Assembly (NCBI RefSeq): GCF_000007185.1
Contig: NC_003551.1
Location: 30,001 to 62,000 of the forward strand
Direction of reading: 5' to 3'
DNA: 32,000 nucleotides
Source of the DNA: Methanopyrus kandleri AV19
Lineage (GTDB): Archaea; JAADCQ01; Methanopyri; Methanopyrales; Methanopyraceae
The position numbers were made by a program, and so were the translations under genes. Below, in pieces: positions 1 through 9,829 of this stretch. Below the pieces are notes generated by a model. The model had not been told where the DNA came from, did no database searches, and saw only the letters and a list, made by a program, of their open reading frames with translations. The number at the start of each line of letters is the position of its first letter. The first letter of the stretch is position 1.

Positions 1-336
1 CACTAGCGCAGGATAGTCTTCGAGCGGAAGTGACCTGAAGGACGTAACTACATTGAGGCCGCGGCGGATGGATTCCACGGCCAGCTCCAGGGCTCTGTGT
101 TCCGCACCCTTCGGAAGCATAATCGCCACGGAGGACGCCCCTTCGACGGCCTCATCGAAGTCGTTCGTAACTTTCACTCCGGCGATCTCCATTCCCACCT
201 TACTCGGGTCGTCGTCCATAATCCCAACGACTTCGACCGTGGGAAGTGTCGCGAACTTTTCCCCGCCGCCCCCGGCACCTACCACGGCGAACGGGTTGAG
301 CTCGGCAAGCTCATCGATCGAACGTAGCACCGTCAA
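1..336 (-). CDS. Partial Rossmann-like NAD-binding protein (runs off the window)
   Basis: Reverse-strand open frame translates to ...LAELNPFAVVGAGGGGEKFATLPTVEVVGIMDDDPSKVGMEIAGVKVTNDFDEAVEGASSVAIMLPKGAEH..., a GxGGGG nucleotide-binding-like start; not in the ORF track because truncated. Start (TTG 336 or GTG 330) uncertain. Confidence 0.5.
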   Translation of the reverse strand, partial: MTVLRSIDELAELNPFAVVGAGGGGEKFATLPTVEVVGIMDDDPSKVGMEIAGVKVTNDFDEAVEGASSVAIMLPKGAEHRALELAVESIRRGLNVVTSFRSLPLEDYPALV

Positions 337-389
337 CTGTAGCCGCCCCCCGGCTTCACCGCGATCCGCGCCGGCCAGTGCTGATAGTA

Positions 390-980
390 TTACCGGTACC
401 CCGGAGCGGCCCGTAGCGTTCGTCGCTTCTCACGAACCCGACGCTCGATCTCCCTGAGCAGCCTCCCGATACCCTCGCCGGTAAGGGCGGACACGGGGAT
501 GGGTCTGTGACCAGTACGCTCCCTGATGCGTTCTAACCGTTCCTCAAGTTCCCCGCGGTCGAGAAGATCGATCTTGTTCGCGACGAGCAGCGTCTCGAGG
601 TCGGCGGCGTACTTGATCACGTGGAGTGCACGGAGCGTTTCGGGACCTACATGCCGCGTGACGTCGACCACGAACAGCGCCAGATCGTATCTGCCGAGCT
701 TCTCGGCGACGTCCTCGGCACGGACACCTCGTTTACTTCGCTTACCCCGCTCGTCGGCGAGTCCGACGGTATCGAACACGTACAGGGGGAACTCGCGGGA
801 CGTCCAACGGTAACCGGAGACCGTCTTCGTGGTACCGGGGACTTCGGAGACCTCAGTGACCTCGCGACCCATCAGCGCGTTGACCAGAGTGGACTTGCCG
901 GCGTTTTCAGGCCCCAACACGGCGATACGAAAGGCCCGCGAGTCCAACTCCGGAACCTCTTTCACGGAGGTCTCTTTCAT
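390..980 (-). CDS. Era/Der-like small GTP-binding protein
   Basis: G1 GPENAGKST, G3 DTVG, G4 NKID, G5 SALTG motifs. Confidence 0.9.
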   Translation of the reverse strand: MKETSVKEVPELDSRAFRIAVLGPENAGKSTLVNALMGREVTEVSEVPGTTKTVSGYRWTSREFPLYVFDTVGLADERGKRSKRGVRAEDVAEKLGRYDLALFVVDVTRHVGPETLRALHVIKYAADLETLLVANKIDLLDRGELEERLERIRERTGHRPIPVSALTGEGIGRLLREIERRVREKRRTLRAAPGYR

Positions 981-1168
981 CCCCTCACCCCCCGCACAAC
1001 CCGGGCTAAACCTGCCAAGAACCCCAGGATCACTCCCAAAACCGGGAGCAACACCTTGAGCGGTCTATGTTGCACGTATTGGGATAAGATCCAGCCTGCA
1101 ACCACCCCAAACACCACGGAGCTCGAAAGCTCCACAGCAGCGATATACTCCCTCCGCAAGGGGCCCAC
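977..1168 (-). CDS. Small two-helix membrane protein
   Basis: 63 aa, two hydrophobic segments; start overlaps the GTPase gene start by 4 nt on the same strand. Confidence 0.6.
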   Translation of the reverse strand: MGPLRREYIAAVELSSSVVFGVVAGWILSQYVQHRPLKVLLPVLGVILGFLAGLARVVRGVRG

Positions 1169-1182
1169 CCGGGGATAGTGAT

Positions 1183-1749
1183 TTGGACGTGGAGGCGGTT
1201 TACCGATTGAAGCGCATACTCAGGACGGGGTGGTTAGTCCGGGGTATCCCCAGAAGCTCCGTGGAAAGCGTCGCGGAACACTCTTTCGGTGCGGCGATGT
1301 TGGCCTGGGAGATCTGCCATCGACTGGCCGAGCGAGGGATCGACGTCGACCCTTACAAGACTGTCGTTATGGCGCTGATCCACGATCTCCCGGAAGCCCT
1401 CACCTTGGACCTAGATGTCGAGGCATCGCGGGTGTTCGGTGATGCCAAGCGCGAAGCGGAGGAAAAAGCCGCCGAATGCGTGTTCGATGAGGAACTACTC
1501 GATCTTTGGAGGGAGTTCGAGCGACGTGAATCCCCGGAGGCGAAGGCTGCCAAGCTCGCGGACACTCTCGACATGGCCCTGCAGGCCTTGGAGTACTCTC
1601 AAGTCGGGTTCGAAGCGTATCGGGAGTTCTTAGACTCAGCGGAGCGCGAGGCCAGGGAGCTAGGCCGGGAGTACCTACTAGTTTTCAAAGAGATATTACG
1701 CGAGCGGGGGTGGGATAGTAATGAAGGTGGTGGAAAAGGATCTGGATAA
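1183..1749 (+). CDS. HD-domain phosphohydrolase (YfbR/HDDC2-like nucleotidase family)
   Basis: SVAEHSFGAAMLAWEI ... ALIHDLPEALTLD ... AKLADTLDMALQA pattern of HD hydrolases. Confidence 0.85.
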   Translation: MDVEAVYRLKRILRTGWLVRGIPRSSVESVAEHSFGAAMLAWEICHRLAERGIDVDPYKTVVMALIHDLPEALTLDLDVEASRVFGDAKREAEEKAAECVFDEELLDLWREFERRESPEAKAAKLADTLDMALQALEYSQVGFEAYREFLDSAEREARELGREYLLVFKEILRERGWDSNEGGGKGSG

Positions 1750-2782
1750 AGGATACATAGAAGTACTTCCTGAAACGTTGGACGATCTGTGGCACTTATA
1801 CCATGTTGTCAGGAAGGGCGATCTAGTATTCGCACTGGAAAGACGACGGGTTAAAGATGAGAGGGCTGAAACTATTAGGAGAGATAAAGGAGAACGCAAA
1901 CCGGTTTACCTAGGAGTCCGAGTAGAAGATGTAGAGTTTGACAAATACGCGAACAGATTGCGAATCAAAGGTGTAATAGAGCACGGTCCCGAGTCTGGAT
2001 CGCACCATACCGTTAATGTTACGACTGGGAAACGAATAAAGATTGTAAAGGACGAATGGGAACGAAAAGACCTAGAGCGCATCGAAGAAGCTGAGATGTC
2101 GCGACCACCCGTGATGCTCGTGGCCGTGGACACAGGTGAGGGGACCATCGGAATAGTCCGAGACTACGGGTTAGACGTCGTGGCTCGGGTTCGGCATAAC
2201 GTACCGGGGAAGCGTGGCGGCGACCGGAGGGCGGAGATGCGGAAGTTCTTCCATCGACTCGCCGACGAGATCGAGCGCATCGCCGAGGAGGAAGGAGTGG
2301 AACACATCGTCGTGGGCGGCCCGGGGTTCGTGAAGTCGGATTTCGCAGAGTTCTTACGGGAGGAGCGGGATATCCCAGCCCACGTGGAGGATACTGGTTC
2401 GGCGGGCGAGGCCGGGCTCATCGAGATGATCCGACGCGGAGCGGTAGAGAGGGCCGTCGAAGAGTCTAGGGTCGCGGAGGAAGTAAAGCATCTCGAGGAA
2501 GTGTTCAAGAGGATCGGTAAGGGTGATGATAAGGTAGCGTACGGCGTCCGAGAGTGTCTCAAAGCCGCGGAGTTCGGAGCTATCGACGTACTGCTGGTGG
2601 CGGACGAGAAGTTCCGGGAAGCGATGGTGGAAGGTGAAGAGGACGTCCTGAACGCCGTCAAGTACGCGGAGCGTACAGGGGCCGAGGTGCTCATCGTAAG
2701 CACGGAACACGAGTGGGGCGAGAGGCTACGGGAATTGGGGGGAATCGCCGCACTGCTTCGGTTCTCTATCCCCACGGGGTAG
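1721..2782 (+). CDS. pelA: Pelota/Dom34 ribosome rescue factor
   Basis: MKVVEKDLDKGYIEVLPETLDDLWHLYHVVRKGD N-terminus and eRF1-like domains ([23 protein letters not shown]). Confidence 0.95.
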   Translation: MKVVEKDLDKGYIEVLPETLDDLWHLYHVVRKGDLVFALERRRVKDERAETIRRDKGERKPVYLGVRVEDVEFDKYANRLRIKGVIEHGPESGSHHTVNVTTGKRIKIVKDEWERKDLERIEEAEMSRPPVMLVAVDTGEGTIGIVRDYGLDVVARVRHNVPGKRGGDRRAEMRKFFHRLADEIERIAEEEGVEHIVVGGPGFVKSDFAEFLREERDIPAHVEDTGSAGEAGLIEMIRRGAVERAVEESRVAEEVKHLEEVFKRIGKGDDKVAYGVRECLKAAEFGAIDVLLVADEKFREAMVEGEEDVLNAVKYAERTGAEVLIVSTEHEWGERLRELGGIAALLRFSIPTG

Positions 2783-3256
2783 CACGGTAATCGTGCACCG
2801 GCGAGAGCACACGTCCCCCGTGTCATGGAGTATCTCGACGTCGTGACCGGCCAGCCGGCACAGTTCATCTATGAGGTTGACCACCGGACATGCGGGATAC
2901 CTCCTTATGGAGTCCTGGATGATCCGCTTCGTCCTATCCGACAGGGACTCGTACTTTTTGAGCATCGAAAAGGGCGAGATCGGGCACCCTCTTACCGTTA
3001 CAACGATTTTGTCACTCTCGACCTCGATTTTCGCCGCTTCGCCCAACATCCGATCACAAACGTCCTTCACTATGACGTCGACAGAGACTCGTTCGAATCC
3101 GGCGTAGTCCGGCATCAACTCGTATTCGAGATATGACTCGGCAGCCCGTCGGTACAGGGTCTTCCGGAACGCTGTAGCTCGCTCTCCGAACATCTCGGCG
3201 GGCACCACGATGATCGCGAAGTTGAAGTGTCGGAGCAGTGAGCGCGGGTCCTTCAA
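2726..3256 (-). CDS. Hypothetical Cys-containing protein, overlaps start of the KaiC-like gene
   Basis: 176 aa open frame; GCPISPF...[15 protein letters not shown]...CSRRCTITV cysteine pattern. Confidence 0.7.
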   Translation of the reverse strand: MKDPRSLLRHFNFAIIVVPAEMFGERATAFRKTLYRRAAESYLEYELMPDYAGFERVSVDVIVKDVCDRMLGEAAKIEVESDKIVVTVRGCPISPFSMLKKYESLSDRTKRIIQDSIRRYPACPVVNLIDELCRLAGHDVEILHDTGDVCSRRCTITVLPRGDREPKQCGDSPQFP

Positions 3257-4011
3257 TCCTCCACCTCCCGCACCTCGCCACGCTCCTTCACGAAGACTTT
3301 CTCCGGGTCCACCCGAATCCCCTCATCGGTGATCTCGAACGGGTGACGCCGCATGCTGTGTGCAGTTCCCCTCATCTTCCACACTATCAACGACCTCCAG
3401 AGTCTTCCTTCTACTTCGTCGAGATCGAGCCGGATAATACCATCCACGGCGTGCTCCACACCCGGACCTCCGAAGCCACGTTCGTGGGCGGCGATCTGGT
3501 TAACCAGGATGCTGGTACACCCTAGCCCCGCGAGCATCCGTTTGAGCCTGAACATGATCCGACGCGCCACACTGGGCTTATCGATGTATAACGGGGTCAC
3601 GGAGTCTATAGCCACCCTCTTGGCCTCGACGTCGTTGACGGCTTGCCTGATCACTCCGATCAGCTCACTGGCATCCGTCGGATCCTTCACGACGTACTTC
3701 TCGTACTCGCTCGCCCTGCCTATGCCGCCCGTGAACGCGTCCACGACGGCTAGGAGGCCCTCCTCCTCGTACTCCCGGAAGTTCCAGCCGAACCCTTCCA
3801 CGTTCTTCCTAACCTGAACTGGGTGCTCCTCGAGCGTCACGAAGACACCGGGCTCACCTTCTTCCAGCCCTGCCCAGATGAACTGCTGTGAGAATATCGT
3901 CTTACCCGTTCCCGGACCTCCGGTCAGTAGTACGGCGTTACGCTCCGGGATCCCCCCGTTGAGGACTTCGTCCATCCCCGGAATACCCGTTGAGACTCTC
4001 TCCACGGCCAT
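3253..4011 (-). CDS. KaiC/RadA-like RecA-superfamily ATPase
   Basis: [36 protein letters not shown] Walker A and KaiC-type architecture. Confidence 0.9.
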   Translation of the reverse strand: MAVERVSTGIPGMDEVLNGGIPERNAVLLTGGPGTGKTIFSQQFIWAGLEEGEPGVFVTLEEHPVQVRKNVEGFGWNFREYEEEGLLAVVDAFTGGIGRASEYEKYVVKDPTDASELIGVIRQAVNDVEAKRVAIDSVTPLYIDKPSVARRIMFRLKRMLAGLGCTSILVNQIAAHERGFGGPGVEHAVDGIIRLDLDEVEGRLWRSLIVWKMRGTAHSMRRHPFEITDEGIRVDPEKVFVKERGEVREVED

Positions 4012-4080
4012 GGGACCGTCCCCCGTCGAACTCCCCTAAGGTCAATTCGATTATAATTCATTGCGATCGGGGGTTGTCCT

Positions 4081-5229
4081 TTGGGAGGACTCTGCCCGAG
4101 ATGCAGGGGCCGCGGATGGTGTGGGCGCGACCGCTGCCCCTTCTTGGACGCACTGAACGAGGTCCGAGCCAGGCTCTCGAGTCGGAACGTCGATGGTTAC
4201 ACCGTGACGGCCCACGTCTCGTGGCGTGGGTACCCGCGGGTTATCGCCGCGCCGGGAGTCGGAGAACACCGCACGCCGGATGAAGGGGGCGTCCTGGCCG
4301 ACCTCCCGTACGAAGAGGCCCTGAAGACTAGAGCACTCACCTTCCGCAGATACCGTGGGAAGCGTGATGTCCGGAACCCGCCGGACCTGTCGGACCCCGA
4401 GATCGAGTCGTCGATTTCCGTGAGACCCGTGGAGAGTACGTTGCAGGTCCGACGGAGGCTTAGCGGCGCGTCCAGAACCACCCCATTCATCGGGCCCTTG
4501 GTCGAGGGAGAGCTCGAACTCGACGGGACACCGAAGGTCCCTCGCGACTTGGAACGTTATCACGAGGACGACGTCAAAGCTGAGGAGGCCGTCGTCGGCC
4601 TCTACCGACGCGGCTACGACGAGTCGTACATCGCGCGGGCGTTGTCGTTAGGATTGTTGGGCAGGGACCGCCGGATGGTGCCGACCCGATGGAGCGTCGC
4701 GGCGGTGGATTCGATGGTCTCCGAACACCTGGCACGGGAGGTCAGAGACTTACCGGTGTCTTCGGAGTACCGCGTTTTATCGGGTGAAGTGTTCGGTAAC
4801 GAGATGTGGGTGATTTTACGCCCAGAACCGTTGTCGTACGAGCTCGTCGAAGCTTACGAGCCAGGTGCGCCGTGGTCCGATCGCACACGGATCGCTGTAC
4901 TTAGGGACTCGGAAGTGAAGGATTGCAAGGAGCCCCGCGAAACCGGAGGTGCGTACTTCGCGGCCCGATTAGCGGCCCTAGAGTGGTGTTCCGAGCTGGG
5001 TAAACAGCACGGAATCACCGTGATCAGGATCGTTCGGAAGGAGTACTCGGCACCGTTGGGTGCGTGGGTGATCAGGGAAGCCGTACGACGCGCCGAAGAG
5101 GTGTTTTCAACGGACGATCCGCGCGAGGTGTGGGAGTTCCTGCGAGAGAAGTTGGACGATCCAGTGGGTGAAGCCGCTCTGAAGGTGATCAAACGTGGCC
5201 GCCAGAGAACTCTCGACACGTTTTTATGA
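4081..5229 (+). CDS. NreA-like archaeal DNA repair protein with N-terminal zinc finger and C-terminal PIP box
   Basis: CPRCRGRGWCGRDRCPFLD N-terminus; C-terminus ...GRQRTLDTFL*; TTG start with TATA-like element ~25-30 nt upstream. Confidence 0.8.
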   Translation: MGGLCPRCRGRGWCGRDRCPFLDALNEVRARLSSRNVDGYTVTAHVSWRGYPRVIAAPGVGEHRTPDEGGVLADLPYEEALKTRALTFRRYRGKRDVRNPPDLSDPEIESSISVRPVESTLQVRRRLSGASRTTPFIGPLVEGELELDGTPKVPRDLERYHEDDVKAEEAVVGLYRRGYDESYIARALSLGLLGRDRRMVPTRWSVAAVDSMVSEHLAREVRDLPVSSEYRVLSGEVFGNEMWVILRPEPLSYELVEAYEPGAPWSDRTRIAVLRDSEVKDCKEPRETGGAYFAARLAALEWCSELGKQHGITVIRIVRKEYSAPLGAWVIREAVRRAEEVFSTDDPREVWEFLREKLDDPVGEAALKVIKRGRQRTLDTFL

Positions 5230-5262
5230 GTAAGTAGGAGCCGAGCAATAGGGAGGAAGGCG

Positions 5263-7083
5263 ATGCTACTGTTGAAGGACCACGCGGAAGTACTGCTTAC
5301 GGTCGAGGAACTCGGTACCAGGGAGGAGGCCAGGGAGATCGCCGAGGAGGCCGAGGCGGTCACGGAAATCATCCCCCAGCGGTTGCTAGAGCTCGAGCTT
5401 CAAGGTCTGATGAAGCGAGTCGGACCGAACGAATGGGAGCTAACCGACGCCGGAAAGACCGCTGCGAAGGCGGTAGCTGAGGCCGTCGATATTCTGGAGC
5501 AGCCACCCCAAGAATGGGCGCATGACCGATGGGTCGGCTCGGACACGGTGTTGGCGCTGAAACACGCGGCCCTGTCTTTCGTGCCGGAGCGTTGGGAGGA
5601 ACTACTGAGCGAGCGTGGTCTGTCGGAGGATGGCGAACTGACAAAAGCCGGCGAGCTGGTGTTGGAGGCGTACTTCAAGGCGACTCCGAAACTGTACGTC
5701 ACTCAGGATGTAGCCGGACGGATAGCCAGGTTACCACCAGGACCCGGAACGCTGAAAACCTTCATCAGATATCGGGAAACTATAGACATTCCAGATAACA
5801 TCTTCCACGCGCTCGAGGCGATGCGGCTGCTGGTGATCTCCCCACCCGCGGACGGTGGCCGCACGTACACTCTAACGGCGCTCGGCCGTGAGGTCAAGTA
5901 CGCGATCGAAAAGGCGATTCCCGCCATGCACCTGGTGTTGTCCCCTGGGATCATGGAGGACGTAAAGGCCGTGAGTGAGGGAGAAGAACCCGAGGACATG
6001 GAGCGCCTCGAGCGGCTCGGATACGCGTGGAAGGGATCGTTAACGAGGGCCGGTGAGCACGTCCTCCGAGCCTACGAGATGGTGGGAGAAGATTTCCCGG
6101 GTGTGCCACCTATCAGCATACGTCCAAGCGAGCTGAGGCTTCTGGAGATCATCGACCACCTGTACCGCCCAGACGAGAACCCTAACGTGGCTCCTACCCT
6201 GAAGAGAATCAAGAGGGTGCTAGTAGAGGAGTACGGGGAGGCTGATCCCGACCCCACCACGGACCTCAAGGAGTTGGAGGCGCACGGATTCGTGGAGAAA
6301 ACCGTCTGCGACTACGGGAAGGAAAAGGGCAAGCCGATATGGGTACTCACCGAGGAAGGAGAACGGTTACTTCACGGCCTGGGCGCGCCGGTGCGAGCGG
6401 AAGGTGTCAAAGCCGTCACCGTGTCGATGGGTTTCGAGTCGCCTTCTCCTGAGTGGCTGGAGGAGGCCCACCGGGCCGGTCTGGTATCGCAAGCCGCTAT
6501 CACCACGAAGGGGCTGATGGCCGCCAAGATAGCGCGTCGTGTGGAGAGAGCCCCATTCTTAACCGGAGACGAGGCCAAGCTGATCTACCGCATGCCCAAC
6601 GGGTCGATCGACAGAGGGAAACTGATCGAGGACGTTTGTGACCGGTACGGGCTCGAAGAGCACCAGGTCCTGGAGTCACTGTCGAAATTGGAGTCTCGAG
6701 GTATAGTCGAAGAGTTGCTCACGGGAGGGGTAATACTAACGCGAGCCGGCCAACACCTCAAGACGGCGATACACCGTGGTCAGACGATGGAAATCTTGAA
6801 GCTCCGACACCCAATTACACCGGTCGCGACTCGTCTCCTCAAGGCAGTATACGACCTGAAGAGGGAAGGTGTTAGCGCGAAGAAGCTCTCCAAGTTCCCG
6901 AAGACCCTACTGAAGAGAGCCGACGTCACGCTGGACCAAGCTAAGAAAGCCGTAGGGTTGTTGCGACGGACCAAGATGATGAGTGGATGGAAGATCACGG
7001 AGGCCGGGGAGGAATTACTCAGGGCGTTCGAAGTGCTTCAGGAAGCCCCGGAGGTGCGACAGCATCCGGAGGAAGCCGCTTAA
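5263..7083 (+). CDS. DUF505-like protein made of repeated winged-helix-like units
   Basis: 606 aa; repeated LTxAGxxxxxA motifs. Confidence 0.75.
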   Translation: MLLLKDHAEVLLTVEELGTREEAREIAEEAEAVTEIIPQRLLELELQGLMKRVGPNEWELTDAGKTAAKAVAEAVDILEQPPQEWAHDRWVGSDTVLALKHAALSFVPERWEELLSERGLSEDGELTKAGELVLEAYFKATPKLYVTQDVAGRIARLPPGPGTLKTFIRYRETIDIPDNIFHALEAMRLLVISPPADGGRTYTLTALGREVKYAIEKAIPAMHLVLSPGIMEDVKAVSEGEEPEDMERLERLGYAWKGSLTRAGEHVLRAYEMVGEDFPGVPPISIRPSELRLLEIIDHLYRPDENPNVAPTLKRIKRVLVEEYGEADPDPTTDLKELEAHGFVEKTVCDYGKEKGKPIWVLTEEGERLLHGLGAPVRAEGVKAVTVSMGFESPSPEWLEEAHRAGLVSQAAITTKGLMAAKIARRVERAPFLTGDEAKLIYRMPNGSIDRGKLIEDVCDRYGLEEHQVLESLSKLESRGIVEELLTGGVILTRAGQHLKTAIHRGQTMEILKLRHPITPVATRLLKAVYDLKREGVSAKKLSKFPKTLLKRADVTLDQAKKAVGLLRRTKMMSGWKITEAGEELLRAFEVLQEAPEVRQHPEEAA

Positions 7084-7122
7084 TCCCCCTCCCCAAATCC
7101 CCAAACCCATCCAGTGGGAAAA

Positions 7123-7141
7123 CGTTACGGTTCTTGTAACG
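7123..7141 (-). repeat. tRNA trailer hairpin, Gly copy
   Basis: Reverse strand CGTTAC-AAGAACC-GTAACG, 10 nt after CCA. Confidence 0.75.
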
Positions 7142-7154
7142 ATTTGAGGCTTGG

Positions 7155-7227
7155 TGCGGCCGCCGGGATTTGAACCCGGGCCACGGGCTCGGAAGGCCCG
7201 CGTCCTACCAGACTAGACTGCGGCCGC
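7155..7227 (-). tRNA. tRNA-Gly(TCC), CCA encoded (7152-7154), C8
   Basis: GCGGCCG/CGGCCGC acceptor, GTCT/GGAC D stem, CGGGC-CTTCCGA-GCCCG anticodon arm, CCGGG-TTCAAAT-CCCGG T arm; position 8 = C (window 7220). Confidence 0.97.
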
Positions 7228-7255
7228 TCCACCGTCGTGGGCGGTCGGATTCCAA

Positions 7256-7264
7256 CTATAAAAA
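7256..7264 (-). promoter_or_regulatory. TATA box of tRNA-Gly
   Basis: Reverse strand TTTTTATAG about 30-35 nt upstream of the tRNA 5' end. Confidence 0.6.
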
Positions 7265-7450
7265 TATTTCGGACATATTCGGTGGGCCGCCGTGCGTGCG
7301 ACAGCCGAGGGAGTTTCCCTTCATAGCTGAGGCATTCGCTCGGCGCTACCGCCTCCGATACCGGCGGGGCGACGGTCGCGCCACTCCCGGACACCGCATA
7401 GACGTATGTTATAGAGCCCGTAACAATTTCGACCTGGGGAAAGAAAGCCC

Positions 7451-8404
7451 CTATCGGCGTCGGACGGCCACCAGCGCGATCCCGAGCAAGCACACCGCGG
7501 CCACCGGTACCTGAACGAACTTCTTGAGCGCACTTTCCGCCGTGGCTGCCGCCTGCTGCGCCTCGGGGCTGCTGAGGACATCCTGCAGGACCGTCACGGC
7601 TTCACCGATCAAGTTCTCGAGGTTGTCAACACTGAACTCCGCCTTCAGGTCCGTCAGACCCTGCTGCTCGTTCACTTCTAGGAACGCACGGAGCGCGTAC
7701 CCGGTCTCTTCGTCGACCTCCTTCTCTTCCTCCCCTTCCTTCTCCTCCTCACTGACCTCGAGTTTCTGGAGCTCTTCCGGCTCGGCTCCCGTCACCGACG
7801 CCTTCACGAAGTACTTGAACACGAGCGCCTGCAGGTACCCCACGGGAGTCTTCTTCTTACCGTGGGGGTGACCGTACTCGTGCGTAGCCAGTACTCGCGC
7901 CAGGCCTTCTAGGAGCTCCCGGTTGAGTTTCACCTGGAACTTCCCGACCTCAATCGTCAGTTCTTCTGGAGCGACCATCTTGAGCGACAGACCTACCGGC
8001 AGCGGCTTGGTCTCCAGCGATAGGGCCAGGAGAGCCCCTTTGGCCAGATGAGCTGGCTTCCACTGCCTGAACTTCACGGCCGGCGGAAGCTTACCTGACA
8101 TCGCGTTGGGGTCCACCACTACAGCATCATCCGTCTCTCCCGTCACCGCCGGAGTTAGATCCACAATCAACGCGGCGTGATTCCCGTCGGCTACGAACAC
8201 CCCGTAGTACGCCTTACCTAGCGGTAGTTGAGCGCCGGCCGGTGCTTCCACGGAGATCACGTACTCTTTCGGTATCTGCTTGGCCTGGTTCGCGGAGAGC
8301 TGGAATGTCCACGGGTGCGTCAGCACTCCGTATAGCGGTGCTTCTTCAGCCGCGGCGCCACCCACCGCCGCAAGGACCAACGCTAGAAGTGCTAGGGCTC
8401 GCAT
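7451..8404 (-). CDS. Secreted, C-terminally membrane-anchored surface protein
   Basis: Signal peptide MRALALLALVLAAVGGAAA, acidic middle, C-terminal TM FVQVPVAAVCLLGIALVAVRRR. Confidence 0.75.
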   Translation of the reverse strand: MRALALLALVLAAVGGAAAEEAPLYGVLTHPWTFQLSANQAKQIPKEYVISVEAPAGAQLPLGKAYYGVFVADGNHAALIVDLTPAVTGETDDAVVVDPNAMSGKLPPAVKFRQWKPAHLAKGALLALSLETKPLPVGLSLKMVAPEELTIEVGKFQVKLNRELLEGLARVLATHEYGHPHGKKKTPVGYLQALVFKYFVKASVTGAEPEELQKLEVSEEEKEGEEEKEVDEETGYALRAFLEVNEQQGLTDLKAEFSVDNLENLIGEAVTVLQDVLSSPEAQQAAATAESALKKFVQVPVAAVCLLGIALVAVRRR

Positions 8405-8494
8405 GTTACATTCCCCCGCACTTATAGTAGACTGAAATCGAATAATTAACCTTTTCGTTCGCCTCTGTGGACTGAGCTGGTGTCAGTATCGGCC

Positions 8495-9829
8495 TTAGTT
8501 CTTCCTTAATTTTGCGATGAAAAATCCCTGACATCGGTCGGTATGAGGGTAGAACCGTCGGGTTCCCGGAACTAATCCCCTCCTACCGAATTGAAGGTTC
8601 ACCTTCTCAATAGTCACATCGTACCGTCTTGCGACTCTTCGGATCACGTTTTCATTTTCGTTAATAGTCAAAGTACATGTTGAATACACCACAATACCTC
8701 CAGGTCGAACGGTCTTTATCGCTGCTTCCAACAATTCTGATTGGAGTTTAGCGTAACGTCGCACACGTTTCTTCGTGACGTTCCACCTGGTTTCCGGTCG
8801 CTTCTGGACGGAACCCATACCGGAACATGGAGGATCGACAATGGCTCGGTCGGCCTCTTCATCCAGCTCCTCCGGTATCTCTCGAGCGTCCGCACATCGG
8901 AGTTCGACGACACCATCGGGAACACGCTGCCACGCCAACTTCTCCCGCATAGCGTCCAATCGCCAGTCGGATTTGTCGACCGCAAGGATCTCTCCTTCGC
9001 CCTCCATCAAACAGAGGGCATGGAGCGTCTTTCCGCCGGGAGCCGCGCAGAGGTCGACTACGAACTCCCCGGGTTGTGGATCGAGTACGTGGGCGACTGC
9101 CGCGGAGGCCTTATCTTGAGTGAACACCAGACCCTCCTTCCACGCCTCAGTTCTGACTATAGGTATCTCCTCCTCGACTACACGTAGCAGGTCCGGTATG
9201 TGCTCATCCGGCTCCGTCAGCACACCCTCCTCCGCCAGGCGCTCGCGGACTTCGTCTACGTCCGCCCGCAGTGTGTTCACGCGGACGTACTTTACCGCGG
9301 GTTTGTTGCACGCTCGGAGGAAGTCTTCTATCTCGTCCTCGGGCAGCACGCGGCGGACGTAATCGACGAAGTCGGGTGGGAAGTAGTGCCGCAGGCAAAG
9401 GTCATCGTAACCGCGTCGCTTCAGCCGGTCTACGTCGTACTTCTCGAGGTCGAAACATACGGCGTGCACGAAGTCGGCCACTCTATCGCTGACTAGCTCC
9501 TTAGCTACCCGCGTCGCAGCGTCGGTTACCAACGCCGGACTAGTTCCCTCGAACAGCATCTCGTCAGCTGCGGTTACCAGAACTCCCTTCAGCTCCGGAC
9601 CAAGATCTTCGAAAGATCCCGATTGAATGACGTCATCGAGGATCTCCTCGCAGAGTCCCAACCGCTTGCCGAGTTCCATAAGTCGACGGTGAATGGCCCT
9701 AGCCCGATGGCTGGGAATGGAGAACGGATTGTCGAGAGCCCGGTAGAACGACTCCTTCAGGGAGACCCCGGACCGGTAGTGCTCAGCGAGTATCCTGGCT
9801 AGCATAGATACTATCTCACTGACCTTCAC
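8495..9829 (-). CDS. NOL1/NOP2/Sun-family RNA m5C methyltransferase
   Basis: DLCAAPGGKTLHA, IVDPPCSGMGSVQKRPE, GGIVVYSTCTLTINENENV motifs. Confidence 0.93.
   Translation of the reverse strand: MKVSEIVSMLARILAEHYRSGVSLKESFYRALDNPFSIPSHRARAIHRRLMELGKRLGLCEEILDDVIQSGSFEDLGPELKGVLVTAADEMLFEGTSPALVTDAATRVAKELVSDRVADFVHAVCFDLEKYDVDRLKRRGYDDLCLRHYFPPDFVDYVRRVLPEDEIEDFLRACNKPAVKYVRVNTLRADVDEVRERLAEEGVLTEPDEHIPDLLRVVEEEIPIVRTEAWKEGLVFTQDKASAAVAHVLDPQPGEFVVDLCAAPGGKTLHALCLMEGEGEILAVDKSDWRLDAMREKLAWQRVPDGVVELRCADAREIPEELDEEADRAIVDPPCSGMGSVQKRPETRWNVTKKRVRRYAKLQSELLEAAIKTVRPGGIVVYSTCTLTINENENVIRRVARRYDVTIEKVNLQFGRRGLVPGTRRFYPHTDRCQGFFIAKLRKN

Noticed and set aside
53-457. Plus-strand ORF of 134 aa (Ser/Pro-rich)
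   Set aside because: Antisense shadow of the truncated minus-strand Rossmann-like gene and the end of the GTPase gene.
7170-7514. Plus-strand ORF and minus-strand ORF 7125-7493
   Set aside because: They run through tRNA-Gly and show no protein-family features.
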